Position numbers and translations under genes: made by a program
Assembly (NCBI GenBank): GCA_951406725.2
Contig: OX597832.1
Span: 36,456,001 to 36,520,000, forward strand
DNA length: 64,000 nt
Direction of reading: 5' to 3'
Source of the DNA: Octopus vulgaris
Taxonomy: Eukaryota
Part shown: piece after piece, positions 26,250-40,047 of the stretch
How positions within the stretch are numbered: the stretch's first letter is position 1
Layout of the letters: each line of letters begins with the position of its first letter
The notes under the pieces: model-generated
What the model saw: only the letters and a program-made list of their open reading frames with translations
Told to the model about the DNA's origin: nothing
Databases searched by the model: none

Positions 26250-26900
26250 AATGCAACCTGTTCATGTCGCACCTTAATTACTACGGACATCACTAAAACT
26301 TTTCCTCCACTTCATTCCTCACTACCCACTCATAGACAAAATATCAGACAGCTCCTTGAGAAATGTTTGACTCTTAATTTTCAGCTTGTTGAGCCTCTCT
26401 AGTGTGTGCAATAACAATGCTGCTAAAAGTTTGATTTCTTTCAAAACTAACTGCCACAAGGATGTATCCCTTGTACCCCATTCACACCATCTTTTTATTA
26501 TCTCCACAAATTATGCACCAATTTTATCAAAGACAGCCCCCTATTTACTTCAACCTTACATCAACTACTTTAAAATCTGGTTCCAAAATATTGCATCTGC
26601 TAAATTCAATTTCTCCTGTCTTACCAATAACATATGGGACAAATATAACCAGCCATCAGAAACCCAACGTTGTAGACACACCCGAAACAGTTGTGTCTAG
26701 GTGGGGGGGGGTTCTCATCCATCTAAAATAAATTTTCACTAAACCTGCTCCTATTACTTGTATGATTCAGGATCCCCACCTCAGATAGTTTGGCCATGTT
26801 GCTTGATTTTCTGAGCTATACCTTGCTTACCCTGTTCTTTTCACTGAAGATCTGGCTGGGTTGACAGCTCATGTTAGTCAACCGCATGCCACATGGTCAC
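26250..26900 (-). mobile_element. Highly decayed LINE APE-endonuclease relic (RTE-like)
   Basis: Minus strand KWRKSFSDVRSN*GA resembles KWRSSL.DVR..RGAD.GSDH; other motifs are weak. Confidence 0.4.
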
Positions 26901-28371
26901 AGCAGATGGGGAGGTCTCTTGCAGAGATGGGGATTAACTGAGTCATCCAGGAAGACCTGGGAATATACCAACAAATGGTGAATGCAGCAATGCTCTGCAA
27001 CACCACATGCTCCTAGATATTGCATCATTATAAAAAGAGACTTCCCAGTCCTATACCAGCCACAAGGTTCCTAATCATGGTTGAAGTTATATGGATATAA
27101 AATCATATGACCAGTTTGAACCAGTGACAAGTGACCTTCAAGTACATTTACAGAGATTACACTCTCTACTCTGTTTCATGGCCACAATATCATTTGAAAA
27201 ATTACAAGTATATATATACGTGCATGCACGCACGCGTGTGTGTTTGTGTGTGTGTGCAAAACTCTGAGGAACAATGGTGTGAACCACTGACTTAGATGAT
27301 TAAATCAATAGTGACTCTAGCACTTGGGCTATTTGGGCTTAGCCCAGGTATAAATTTGGTAAAGTGAACATGTATTTGCAAACCTATTTAATTTCTGCCA
27401 ACACTGGCTTCAAGTATGTAATTTCAGGCAATAACTCGGGCTCCTTTCATTGAGCTTGGTCACAGTTCATTTATTTTTGTTCAGCTTCTGGTGGTCATCT
27501 TAGAGGTGCCCTGTGTCAAAAGATATCATTTGTTGCAGACATTCTCTCAACATCGTTTACATGCACCTGAGTCTCCGGCTCAGAAGTTACAGCCTGAGCT
27601 ATTGATAATCATGAGAATTAAAAGTAATTCAAATTCAATGTTGTCTTGAAACAATGAATTTCTATGGAGATTAGGATTTAAATTCCAATCTATGAAAAGT
27701 TTCTCTTCTATAATATTCTTAAAGGAATGAAAAATAATTCAGCAGCTCGGGTGAATATGAATGAGCCTGGTAGGTGTAAAAGACCAACTGGCATCTCTTG
27801 TCAAGAGTACAGGTAACAGTCAGATCACGGATGTTTGCTGCACACTCTGCTGTTGTTATTTGATTACTCTTAAGATTGGTTGTGTTTTGCAGGGTTGCTT
27901 TATTTTTACCCTTAATTTAGAAATGGAGAAAGACATAGTGCTAGGTAGAAAAAAACCCCAATCCATTTGGGGTTAGAAATAAAGCAGGAAAATGTGAAAT
28001 TCTTTGAGCAGGCATTATTTTTACCTTTATATCTGGGATGTAGGACGTCCCGGAAAAAAATTTTAAATGCTCCCATCCCCCCCCAGAAGTTGAGGTAGGC
28101 TGGATTGTAGCCACACTTCTATACAAGAGGGAGGACAAGATACAATTGATTGAAATTACAAAATATGGGCTTACAATTCCAGTCTGTTATATATTTTGAG
28201 TATTGTTATCAGTAGCGATATCAAGATATAACTTTGTATTTTGTATTTTATGTGTAGATGTATATATATAGATGTACATGTAATATGTACACACACATAT
28301 ATATATATACACATATATACATGCACTATGACCCGGCAACGACGGGTCTTTCCTAACGCCACTACACTCAT

Positions 28372-28520
28372 GGAGTGGTTGGCGTTAGGAAGGGCATCCA
28401 GCCGTAGAAACATTGCCAGATCAAACTGGGCCTGGTGCAGCCTTCGGGCTTCCCAGACCCCAGTTGAACCGCCTAACCCATGCTAGCATGGAAAGCGGAC
28501 GCTAAACGATGATGATGATG
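28372..28520 (+). mobile_element. Well-preserved RTE-type 3' tail copy
   Basis: ggagtggttggcgttaggaagggcatccagccgtagaaac...aacccatgctagcatggaaagcggacgctaaacgatgatgatgatg; CpGs retained. Confidence 0.75.
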
Positions 28521-30671
28521 ATATATATATGACTAACAGGTTTGATAGTTTTTCTGCCAAGGTTCTTCAACAATTTAGCTTTGCTTTTTGCTTCAGTTTT
28601 CTTTTCTTTTTTTTTTTGTGACAAATGGATGTTATAATTTTGTTAAGAATCATAGTAAAAGTAGTTGAAATTTATGTGGTCTGTGCTACCATAGGAAAAT
28701 GATCCTGGCAATACACATCCGCAGGCATGTATATACATGTATGCATACATATGCACACCCAGCTATCCTTTCACATGCCTCTCTACATATACACAAATAC
28801 ACATACATTACGGTAAACAATCCATGTGAAATTCTCTCCCATAACAGCTGACTCAGTGAAATTGTATTCTAATATGGTTAGATCTAGTATACTGCTGGGT
28901 TTTTTCTTTTGTAATGAGTAGAACAGGACTCTGTATATTTACATCCATATGTAAGATAATCTTCATCTTTAACGTTATTTCATTTAAGTATTCTTTTCAC
29001 TAAATATACATTAGGATCAAATTCTGTTTCTCTCCCCCCCTGTCTTTCTCTGTCTCCCTGCATCTGTGCATCTCTCTCTCCCTCTCTCTCGCTGAGATTT
29101 CAGTTTCAGTTTTAAAACTATTCCAGTTACAAAACCCCAGAACATTAACACACTAAATAGTTCCAATGTTAATATTCATCATCATCATCAATTTTCTCTC
29201 ATTTATCTAATCATTGCACTCCCACAAAGAATCTGGTCCAATTACATTCTTTTTGAAGTCTGAAGGAACATGTTAGATTAAACTAATAAACTGTAGAAAT
29301 TCCTTTTGGCTTTTATTGTTTCCTACATTTACCAAAGTATCAGCTCTGTTCAGCTGCCCCCGCTGGAACAAAGTGGAAGCTATAATCACATTCACAACTA
29401 ATCAGCTCAATGTAATCTTCAATAAATTCCTTCTTTTGAACTTTTTCACTTATTCAAACCAATTTGGAGTTCTTTTGTTGAACCTAAGTATTTCTTCATC
29501 AATTACTTGATTAACTTTTTATCATTGGAATGGTCTTTTCTGAATGTTGCATGATGTTTGCTGAAAGATTGTTTGATTTCTCTCTCTCTTTAATTGCTCA
29601 TTAAATTCATTTGCATTTCTCTCTGTTGCTCCCTGCCACCTTCATCAATATTCTTATCACGATAACGAAGACAATTCTGTGATGGTAATGATGCTAAAAA
29701 AGAAAGAATACAGTATATAATTGATTGTATGAAATTAAAAAAAAAAAAAAAAATGAAGATAAATACTTGTGTATTTCTTCACTGCAGAAACCTTTTAACT
29801 CTTGAAAAGTTCTTCCTGCGAAGGGACCAAACCAACATCTGATGTGTTGAATCTTTTAAAAAAAAGACTTTAAAATATTAAAAATTATATGTTCACACAC
29901 ACACACACACACACACTCTATTCTCTCTCTCTCTCTGTCTCTCACACTCAGTAGACAGGTAGAGCTGTTAGAAAGCTGTATGATAATTATTCTGGGTCAC
30001 TGTGTTCTGGATTCCGACATGTCTGAGAATGGTCAACAATTCCATTTATATACACACTGGAATATTTACTTTTTGATTTCACATTAAGTTTAATGTTGAG
30101 CATTAATGTTCTTTCTCTAAAGAAAATGAGAAGAAAAAAGATTGTTGGGTAGGAATTACACAACTTCAAGGGTATAATGGTATAATGACAAAAATAATTT
30201 AATTTTTTTTTTATTATAAGAATTAAGTAAATCATAATTTTAAATGATTTTGTATAATGTTTATTTTCATTGCAGTTTGGGACCAAATTGTACAGTTCTT
30301 ATACTCATAGTATCTGATTTTATTTAAATCCTTTCCCATGTGAACAGACCTCTGTTGTTGAGCAAATGAGATACCTGTAAGGAATGGTGGTTTACCTTAA
30401 CATTTTGGTTATCATTTAACCTAAAACCAAATTCTACTATATTTAATATTCTTCATTCCTAGATTTCAACTCTAATTATACTTCATTATATTCATATTTT
30501 ATTCTGTGAGTCTTTGGTTATCCATATGAAAATTACTTTTGTAAAGAAACACAATAATAAACCATGGTTTTCCTATCCAACATACTCTGCTGCATAAAAT
30601 ATTATCTCTGTTTTCTGATTAGTTTGTTTATAATTACTATAATTTGGTTCCTGTTAGAGATATCGCAGTAT

Positions 30672-31045
30672 CTGTTTTCTGTCATTAGGCTGTGGTCATG
30701 CTGGGGCACAGCCTTGGAAAATTTTAGTTGAAAAAATCAACCCCAGCACTTAATATTTTAAAAGCCTGGTACTTATTCTATTGATCACTTTTGCCAAACT
30801 GATAAGTTACAGAGAAGTAAACATACCAACATCAGTTGGCAAGTGGTGGTCGTGGACAAGCACACACACACACGCACTCACATACATATACGACAAGCTT
30901 CTTTCAGTTTCTGCCTATCAAATCCACTCAAGGCTTTGGTTGACCTGAGGCTACAATGGAAGACACTTGCCCAAGGTGTCACATAATGGGACTGAAGCCA
31001 CAACCATTAGGTTAGGAAGCAAACTTCTTACTACATAGACACACC
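30672..31045 (-). mobile_element. SINE family A
   Basis: gtcattaggctgtggtcatgctggggcac...gaagacacttgcccaaggtg. Confidence 0.85.
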
Positions 31046-31106
31046 TTTTTCCAACCAGTGGACAGCATCTGTAAATTCTGATTGTTTATTATTTAGGTTA
31101 CTGTTG

Positions 31107-31317
31107 TTAAATCCTTTAGCATTCAGATTTCATTATCAAATGTTATGCTTTATTTCTGCATATTTTGAATAAATCATGCACTATCTTGAAGCTTCAAGAT
31201 TTTGGCCATGTGATTGTTTATTTTTACAATATCATTATAGGGTAGGCCATGCCAGTTTTAATATAAAAGCTAGACTATTTGGCCAGGATCTGGCTGGTTT
31301 AAATTTTAAAGGGTTGA
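31107..31317 (+). mobile_element. piggyBac-type MITE family 1
   Basis: ttaaatcctttagcattcag...ggtttaaattttaaagggttga. Confidence 0.8.
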
Positions 31318-33399
31318 TGACATATCAACTCTGATCAAGGGTTGACCTATGAGCAAAGGTGTTCCGGCTGTGAACAATCCTGTTGTTTTGTATATTTAAT
31401 TCTACATTTTCTGGATGTATCCTTCCTATTTTGAGACAGTATGATTTGTAAGTCACCACCGAGGAACATCCTCATTCTTCCAGTATATATCAGTTGGCAT
31501 GATTTGAGAGTGATCACGTAGGAACTCTGTCATTCTTCCAATATATATTAATCAGTTGTCTTCAACAACTTTACCTTGGCAGTAGACTCCATTTTCTGTG
31601 GTTCCTCTTTAAGAAAGTTCAGAATTGATTCTTAAAAATAATTTCTATGTATTCCAAAATATCATCTTCAGCAAGCCTGACATTCCTTCTACAAGATGCT
31701 TCACAACAACATTATTGATTATAATTGACTTAGATCCCTACAGCAATTGTAGTTGCTATAGTCGTACACATTCTATTATCTAACTATGCTGGTAAAATGT
31801 TCCTGTATAACTGTACCAAAGTTGACCCAGGGGGACAGTATAACTGACCCCTTCATAGAAAAAACAGTATACAATTGAGAGCTAATTACTTCAACAATAG
31901 TTTATAGTGATAAATTTATTGGAAATTTCTGTTTTTTATGACAAAATGTCTTTAACATCTAACTTGCTCCTTGATCTCTCAGGTTTTTTGCCTTCTCTTT
32001 TCAAAGATGTTTAGAGACTAATTGTTTCACTGAAATGTTCGACTTTAGAATCAAGAAAAACAATTTAATATTCATATTTTCCTCTTATATGGAATGTTGT
32101 AATAGTCACAAGATAAGTGTGCTTTAAGAAAAGGTTAGTGAAACAATGCTGTCTTTGGATAACATCGATTTTTATAAAACTTCTTATTCCCAGAAATTGT
32201 GAAATTTCTTATATTTTTACTTTGTTCTTTGGATGTTTATTTTCTATTGGTTTTAAGCTATTTTTTAGAAATCTTTACTTGAACAGTTCTCTCAGATTCT
32301 TAAATAGATTGAAATATTTCATGTAGGTTGTTTTTTTTTTATTTTATTCATACTGAGGGGGAAAAAAAAGAAAATATGAGTGACTGATGTCATGCTATCT
32401 TTAATAGGTCATTAGGCCACCATTGACAACTTTGTCCTTTTGTCATGAAGTTTGGTTGCTACAGCTGAAGATAGAGGTCTTAAGTAAAGTAAAACTGTGA
32501 AAGAATCAACTCAAAAGACTCCTACTATCTCTAGCTTTCTTAATTTCACTTTTTGTGAAAGAAAACGACCAAAGATTTCCCCTGTCTATTATTTAGAACT
32601 ATAATAGATTTGGTGATGGGAGTAAAACCCCAGTTATTTTGAAACTTTTTGTGAGAAACAAGAGCTTAAAACTTTTGAAAAATTTTGTCCCTAGGTTTTC
32701 ATGTCAAGACATCACTATGGAATGAAAATTGGAGAGTATCAATTTAACGAAAGAATGGATTTAAAAGATTCCTGAAGTCAATGTAACAGCTGTTTTTTTT
32801 TTACCATTCAGCAGTTCCATGTCCTGATGTTGCATTAATGTTTTGCTGATTTCCTAAGGATTGTTAAACTTTTGTTTTTCTTGGTTATTCTAGAGTTTCA
32901 CAATACATCTTTGGTTCTCTAAAAGAGCTTCAGACATCTTCACAGGATATAGAATAGTGGGAAATTATTTGGTCATGGACATCTGTTGCCATTCTTGTAC
33001 TTAAGGGAACTGGCATTCAAAGCCTAAGAATTCTGTTAACCTATTATTAACATTTTTGGTGATAGAGGTCTCTTTTATTGATTTCTAACATTAACATAAA
33101 CCTACATAAGTGTAAAGAGCTGTTGTTAATTAGTCTTGGTTTTTGACTGGTATTTCGGTGTATTAGACTCTGCTTCAATTGTCTAATGACTGAAATGAGT
33201 AAAGGATGAAAGATATGTCTGCCCCATAAGATGTAGTTCTTCTGCTCTGTAGTGCAGTCCTCTGTTCATGACATATGTTGTTGCTGGTCTTTTATTATTA
33301 CAGAGTGAAATAGTAGAATGCAAGGGAGCTGCTAGGGGTCTGATTTAGCAAAATGTAATAATACAAAATGCTCAAACTGTGTGGACTATATTTATGTTT

Positions 33400-33406
<7 letters not shown>

Positions 33407-33459
<53 letters not shown>
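33407..33459. repeat. (GA)n microsatellite
   Basis: Direct reading. Confidence 0.95.
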
Positions 33460-33462
<3 letters not shown>

Positions 33463-33617
33463 CATCTAATAGATGTGACATAATTTGATTGGAAGTTCTC
33501 TGAGGGGAGCAATAACAATTAATTTAGGATTAGGGTTTGATAGGTGAAGGCTGTTAGATGACCAGGGGCCCATTAATGTGAGACTAGTATTACATAGAGA
33601 AAGCAGTAGAGAGGATA

Positions 33618-34045
33618 TTGTTGTTCAGCCCCAGGTCAACACTTATCAAGTAAATCTTTGATTAAAAGGCAATCCAACCGTGACCATCCCATCTTCTTAG
33701 GAGTGTCTGGGATTATTATATAGTGTGATATGGCTTTTACTTTGACCCTTTAGCCTTCAGATTACTCTGTGAAATGTAGTGCTTATTTATTTAATATTGT
33801 TTTGAATTAACCATACATTATCTCATAGTTTTGAAATTTTGTTGATGTGGTTGTATATTTTTAGAATGACATTGTGGGTATGCGTGATAAGCCAGATCTG
33901 GCTGGTTCGAACATAAAGCAGGTAGAATATTTTGGCCGGATGTGACCAGTTTAAATGCTAAATGGTTAAGACATAAGGATGTGATTTGAAGAAATTGCAT
34001 TGCTATTTCTAGTAAAGCGAGTGACCACAAACAGGTTCCGTTGAC
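33618..34045 (-). repeat. Repeat family D, interrupted by a MITE
   Basis: ttgttgttcagccccaggtcaac...gaccatcccatc [MITE] ttaagac...gtgatttgaag...gctatttctag...gagtgaccac. Confidence 0.65.
33742..33969 (+). mobile_element. piggyBac-type MITE family 1, nested in repeat family D
   Basis: ttga|ccctttagccttcagattactctg...aaatgctaaatgg|TTAA. Confidence 0.85.
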
Positions 34046-34177
34046 TTAATTGGTTGGAAATAATGTTTATTGTGGGTTGTAGCAAATGGACCGACAGTGT
34101 AAGTGTAGCCTTGTGTCAATCTGGACGAGTGGCCTGAGGTTAGACCGCCGTGTGCTGAGTAAGTGCTTACTCAACTT

Positions 34178-34540
34178 TTATCTTTTGTTTTAGTCATTAG
34201 ACTGTGGCCATGCTGGGGCAGAATTTATAGTTGAAAGAATCGACCCCAGTACCTATTTTTTTGTCAAACTTGGTATTCTGTTGATTTCTATTGCCGAATT
34301 GCTAAGTTTCAGGATGTAAATACACCAAGACTGGTTGTAAAGTAGTGGTGAGATGGGGACACACACATGCATGCACACACACACACACACGCACACACAC
34401 ACGAGACAGGTTTCTTTCACTTTCCATCTACCAAATCTAGTCACAATGCTCTGATTGGCTGGAGGCTATAATAGAAGACACTTGGCCCAAGGTGCCAAGT
34501 GGTTGGGAAGCAAGCTTCTTGCCACGCAGCCACATCTGCG
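34178..34540 (-). mobile_element. SINE family A
   Basis: gtcattagactgtggccatgctggggca...ggttgggaagcaagcttctt. Confidence 0.85.
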
Positions 34541-35597
34541 GATACCAATAACTGCTATGATGCATGGTGGAGCCTGTTGTCAACTAAACTCTAACATTGA
34601 TTCTGCCTTCTTGTAGCAACTACACCACACACACACACATGCATTGCAGCAGTGGAAAGTGCAAAGCAGTGGCACTGTGTTGTTGTTGTTGTTGCTCTTG
34701 TTTCTGAAGGTTGCTGTCAGCTGCAACAATATCTGCAGTAAACAAATGCGGTCTCTGCTATCTGCACTTAGTTTTTCTCGTGTTGGGAGCTGGGAATATT
34801 TTCATTATTTTACATCATATTAAAGCAATTCACTGCTGTAATTCTACTTCATCACAGACTGTGCAGAGTTTAGCTTTTTCTGTTCTCTATACTGTATCAT
34901 TATTATCATCTGCAGCAGCAGCAGCAGCAACATGATCTCAGCTGTGATATATTATGTATATCTCTTTTCATAATCGTCATCACCATTATCGTGATATATT
35001 TTAGTTTAACTCTATTGTTTATCACTGTTGTCCTCACCACCATCATCCCTGCCTTTCCTAATACCACCATCATCATTGCCATCATCATGTTGCATTTTAA
35101 TTATATTGTCTGTTGATATCTTGATTATTGTCATCGTTAACTTATCACCATGGAGATATAACTGAAGCCAGCTGTATTTATTATTGTTTCCATAATAACC
35201 ATAATCATCATCATCATCCCATTCTACTGATTTATTAGTTCTCTCTCTCCCTCTCTGCATGTATTATTGTAATATATAGACCCTTGTTGTATCGAAGATA
35301 CCTTGTGGTATTTGTTCTGAGTTCTATGTTCTGAATTCAGATCCTGCCTTGGTCAACTTTACCATTTATCCATCTTCAGTCAATAAAACAGAATACCAGA
35401 TAAATATTGAGGTCAAGTAGCACCTCCTTCACCACCACCACCACCACCAACAACAACAACCAAACCGAAGTTTCTGGCCTTATGCCTAAGTGAGAAAGTA
35501 TTAATATTGATAAAGTACTGAGTTCAAGTCCTTCTGAAATTAACTTACCGTTTCATTTTTCCAAAGAAACAGAATACCAGTAAAATACTGGGTCAAT

Positions 35598-35817
35598 TTA
35601 ACCCTTTAGCTTTCCGAATACTCTGTTAAATGCAATGTTTATTCCTGTTGTTTTTAATTAATAATGCATTACCTTGTAGCTTTAAGATTTTGATTATGTG
35701 ATTATTTCTGTAATGACATTGTAGGGTAGGTGTGAGAGGTCACATATGGTCAGTCTAAACATAAAATAGGTAGAATATTTGGGCCAGACGTTGCTGATTT
35801 CAATGCCAAAGGGTTAA
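35598..35817 (+). mobile_element. piggyBac-type MITE family 1, full length
   Basis: TTAA|ccctttagc...aatgccaaaggg|TTAA. Confidence 0.85.
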
Positions 35818-37547
35818 CTGGTTCTTCTCTCCCTGTGCACCAAAGCCCAGAATATCAGTTGGCTTTCAGTGTTGTTCCCCATCTGTTAATGGCAGTTAAT
35901 TTTCCTTTTCCTCTCACAAACAGTCAGCCATACCTTATTCCCCCCCAGCCAATAATAGCTTTATATCATTTATTACTTTTAGCAAATGGCTGGATTTAGC
36001 CTTCCTATTCACTACACAGCAGCAGTTTTTAGTCCTGATCTTTTCTGTTGGAGATGTTACATTAAAGGCATATCAGAAAAAATCCAGAAGATTTGTGAAT
36101 AACCTTGTATGGTGGACACTTTAGACTGGAAAGTCTATGAATGTCCAAGGTATGGTTCCTTCATCCTGATAGAAAACAGAAAAACAGCAAATGCAATAAA
36201 AACCTACAAACATCTCATATGATAAAATTCCACGTTTCATTTGAACTTAAGTATTCCAAAATAATTTTCTTCAATCAAATTGTCCAAGCCACCTTGACTT
36301 AAATGGTATACAAACTTTATTTACAGAGAATAATGGCCAGAGAATAATGGCCAGAGAATATATAGTAACACTAGTAGTGGTGGTAGTAGTAATTTGGTCG
36401 AGGGATGTGTTTTAGTAAAAGTATAAAACCTGAATAATCTTTTATAGCAGTATGTATATATATACTTGGGAAGATTGTGTGCAAGTAAAGAATTATGGGT
36501 GTTACATGTGTCTCTTTGTATATGTTTGACCTTAGGTCATTTCTGATCCAAAAGATCACTGAGCAAAGATTTTCCACCTGTGACCATTCCATCTTCATTA
36601 AAACATTGCAACACATCATGTAACGTGTCAGTACTTTTATAAACCAATTGCATGTAATATAAGGGAGGTTTGACAGTTATTTTTAGCAAGGCAAACTACC
36701 ATATTGGGTTTCCGTGGTTCCTTAGTTGGAATAATTTTGATGGATGAATATACAACAAGGATTTTAGTAATCATGTGCCTATATCTGAAGAAATCTGATG
36801 ATGAAATGTGTAAGTCTGAAAAACAGTCTGAGTCATAATGGATATTTCAAGAATTGTGATAATTATCAGCATTCTTTAAATATATACACAGCTGAGTGTA
36901 TATTTGAATAATTTTGACTCGATCTTCTGAACTACTTCATGTGCATGCACACGTACGCACACACAAAATAGAATACAGTTTGTCTGTCAAATGCATCAAT
37001 ATTCGCCTCTCTTGTTTTTTCATTGGTTACTTTGTACTGTTATTATGATAATATCTCTGTAACTGATATGTGTAATAAATATATATATATATATACATAA
37101 TCCTAACTTACGCATGTTTTTCCATGCATGCATGGGTTGGGCACCCTTTCTTTACTTTGTAGACAATATGGAATTTTCTATCCACTCCTTTTGTTTATAT
37201 CAGTGATGAAATGGATAGGCCCACATATAACATGTTGAGGTACACCTTTTTTCTCTGATGAAATTATGCTCATGTCACATAAATGCAAATTTAGCATACA
37301 AATTTGTAATTAAATTATTGAGTATTAATTGAAACGGTTGTAAGAAGCAAAGATTACTAAGTTGTTAATAATAAATAATTAACCTCCTAATCTCCATTTT
37401 CTTCTTTTAACTGGATACAAACCATATGTATAATATATACCTATTGTTTTAAGAGAATTTCATTCCCCAACAATCCTAGGGATTGAACCAGTATTTCCTT
37501 GGATGCAACCATCCCTTCAGGAGGTTAACACAACCTCTAATTAAATT

Positions 37548-37554
<7 letters not shown>

Positions 37555-37590
<36 letters not shown>

Positions 37591-37762
37591 CTTTGTGTCT
37601 GTTTGTCCACATTCACCATCGCTTGACAGTTGATGTGTTTGCATCCCTGTAATTTAGCAGTTGAGTAAAAGAAACTGACAGAATAAGTACTAGACTTACA
37701 AGGAATGTCTTGGGGTCGATTTGTTTGACTAAAATACCCTTTAAGGCAGTAGTACTCCAGCA
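37555..37762 (+). mobile_element. SINE family A, 3' half
   Basis: (TG)n...ccatcgcttgacag...gaataagtactag...ggggtcgatttgtttgactaa. Confidence 0.75.
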
Positions 37763-37899
37763 AGCTAAAGTTTTTATGAGTAGCTGGCCTTAAACTCCTC
37801 TCTAATGGCAACAGGATAACAATAAACTGCATTTCAATTTAGATAATTGCTTTCCTGATGAATTATTCTAGAACACTTTTTGCTACTTTCATAACTTGG

Positions 37900-39520
37900 T
37901 GCCCACCACTGTAGTTCTTACTCTCTAAAACATCTCCTTTGCTTCTGAGATTGTTGTTGATGATACTCTTATGCCAGTCTCTTGGCTTGGAGTTTCCTTT
38001 GAGTCACGAACACTGTCCCTACTAGTTTTATCCTCTTGATAACATCCTCATTGGACACCATCCTATCATCCTTAAGCATGCTTTTGACTGTGTGGTTGTC
38101 AACTTCAATTGCTGGTCTCTTTTAAATATACTTTTAGAAATGTTTTCTCTGATGTTGCTGTGTCTAGGGAGGGTCAAGTGCCAATATGATGAACACACAC
38201 TCTGGTTCAATTCCACTCCTCTTTATTATTAGTCAGTTGGTTAAATATCCAGCTCATTTGTTTTGTTTTCGTTTGTCAAAGCTTTTTTATGTTGCTACTT
38301 GCAGATACAAAAATGAAACAGAATAATTTCTCTGATGAGTTCTCTACATTCAACAACCCCTTGAAATAAAATTGCCTAGCTTCTTCCTTCTAGCTTTCGT
38401 GAAAGTAAATGAGCTGCTGTCATTCTACACTCACTTTTCTCCCACAGTGGGATTTACACTGACACAGTGATTTGAAATCCAGACCACACCACACATCTCA
38501 TCACAGAACATTGGTAGACCCCTTTCACCTTCATTCTAAGCTACTATCTATCCGATACTGTATTTCCGTTTTCGCTTCTCGATATATTGTTCCTGGTTCC
38601 CCTCATTCTTTGAACGTTTACAGACCTGTCTTTTAGCTTTTATGGCTCTCTCTGCAGTTCCATTCCTTCACTTCTCTCAGTTTGGTACCTTGCTCCATCC
38701 ACAGATCTAATCACAGCAGTTTGTCTTGAAGCAGCCACTGGTTTTCTATGTTATATGTCTCTACTCTCTCCTACTTCTCATAACGTGTGTCCTCTTGAAC
38801 CCCTCTCGGATGGATCTTTCAACTTTCATACCATCTTTCTCGTGATTGATTTATATTCCTGAATCTCTGTGGTTCTTAATCTGAAGTCATAAATCACTTT
38901 TCTGTTGAGTGACACATTCTTCATTTAAGAAAGATTTAGCACTCACAACCATCTCCGTCCCGTTTCCCTGAGGGAACAAAGTCTGCCTGGCTTGTGTGTG
39001 TCTTTGTTTATCCATCTGATTAGTGTGTAATGCAGTTGACCAGTTCCCTGAAATTAGTGTTACAGATGTTTAGAAATTTGCATCACAGAACTCCAGAAGC
39101 CTCAACTGCTTTCCATTCTTTGCACAATACAAAAAGTCTCCATGTACACCGGAGCAACCACCACAATACATCCACCATTAAAGCCATATAGCCGTGATAA
39201 AAGAGGTCATTCTTGTTCACTACCAAATTGATCTGCAGACTTTGTCTGTCAGTCCTGAGTGTGATACATCTGCAGAGACGATTGTTTTTGTGTTGTTTTA
39301 TGACTAATAAACATTTCTCACCCTGGCTATCTCACTATATGTATCTGTTTCTCAAATGCTTGCTCTGCACATCACATGTTGTTACCCTGGCAAAAGAAGT
39401 TGTACTCTGCTCTTTGCATGTGAGAAATCTGTCTGCAGCTCCCTCTGTCTAACGTTTTGCACATAACCCACATCTACTTGCCTCCACTCCAGCATCACTT
39501 TAATCTCTATAGGCCTACCT
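37900..39520 (-). mobile_element. Decayed RTE-type LINE (APE endonuclease through linker)
   Basis: Minus-strand fragments resemble GDFNG..G, GVHG, LLEFCDAN...ICNTNFR and PAIEVD; many indels. Confidence 0.6.
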
Positions 39521-39914
39521 TTCATTGATGGTAGTAGCCCTTATCTTTTCTATCTGATGGAAAGTGGTGTGGGATGGGGATCTGGTGGTGTGTAGATTCT
39601 TGTTTGATGTCTGTTTTCTGCATCTAAAAAGAAGAGATTGTGTGATCATTGGATTACGGTTAAGGGCTTTCGACATGGTTGTGAGGTGGAAACATCTGGC
39701 CATGTGCAACACTAACATGGCAAATATTAATCCTGTTTACTCAAATAAGGACTTTGTATTTGTGGTTGTTATAATTATGGCATGGTCTTTACTGGCTCAA
39801 TGCCCCACCTGCCACAAACACTTTACAATCAAGATTTCAGGTGTCTTATTGTACCACCAATACTAGAGGTTGAGCATCAGGACTAAAGTGATTGGTGCTG
39901 ATTGGTTGTGCGAT

Positions 39915-40047
39915 CACCAGCGAGGCGACTTTTCAATGCCTGGTCGAGTAGGAGGGCGCTGTGGTGTGCATGGAAGCTGCAGGCGCGAGCCCGGGTGAAG
40001 CCGACCGTGGGTGCAGATCTCGGTGGTAGTAGAAAATATTTGAATGA
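39915..40047 (+). pseudogene. Degenerate internal fragment of 28S (LSU) rRNA
   Basis: cgagtaggagggcgctgtggtg...gaagc...gcgcgagcccgggtgaagccg...gtgcagatctcggtggtagtagaaaatatt matches the conserved eukaryotic 28S stretch (CGAGTAGGAGGG...GGTGCAGATCTTGGTGGTAGTAGCAAATATTCAAA) with substitutions. It is a GC-rich island in AT-rich DNA with no flanking rDNA. Confidence 0.85.

Noticed and set aside
21842-36356. Short local tandem duplications (21842-21912, 31462-31560, 36325-36360)
   Set aside because: Ordinary slippage-type duplications with no further structure.
39915-40047. Functional rDNA unit
   Set aside because: Only ~130 bp, with substitutions in conserved positions and no flanking rRNA sequence.
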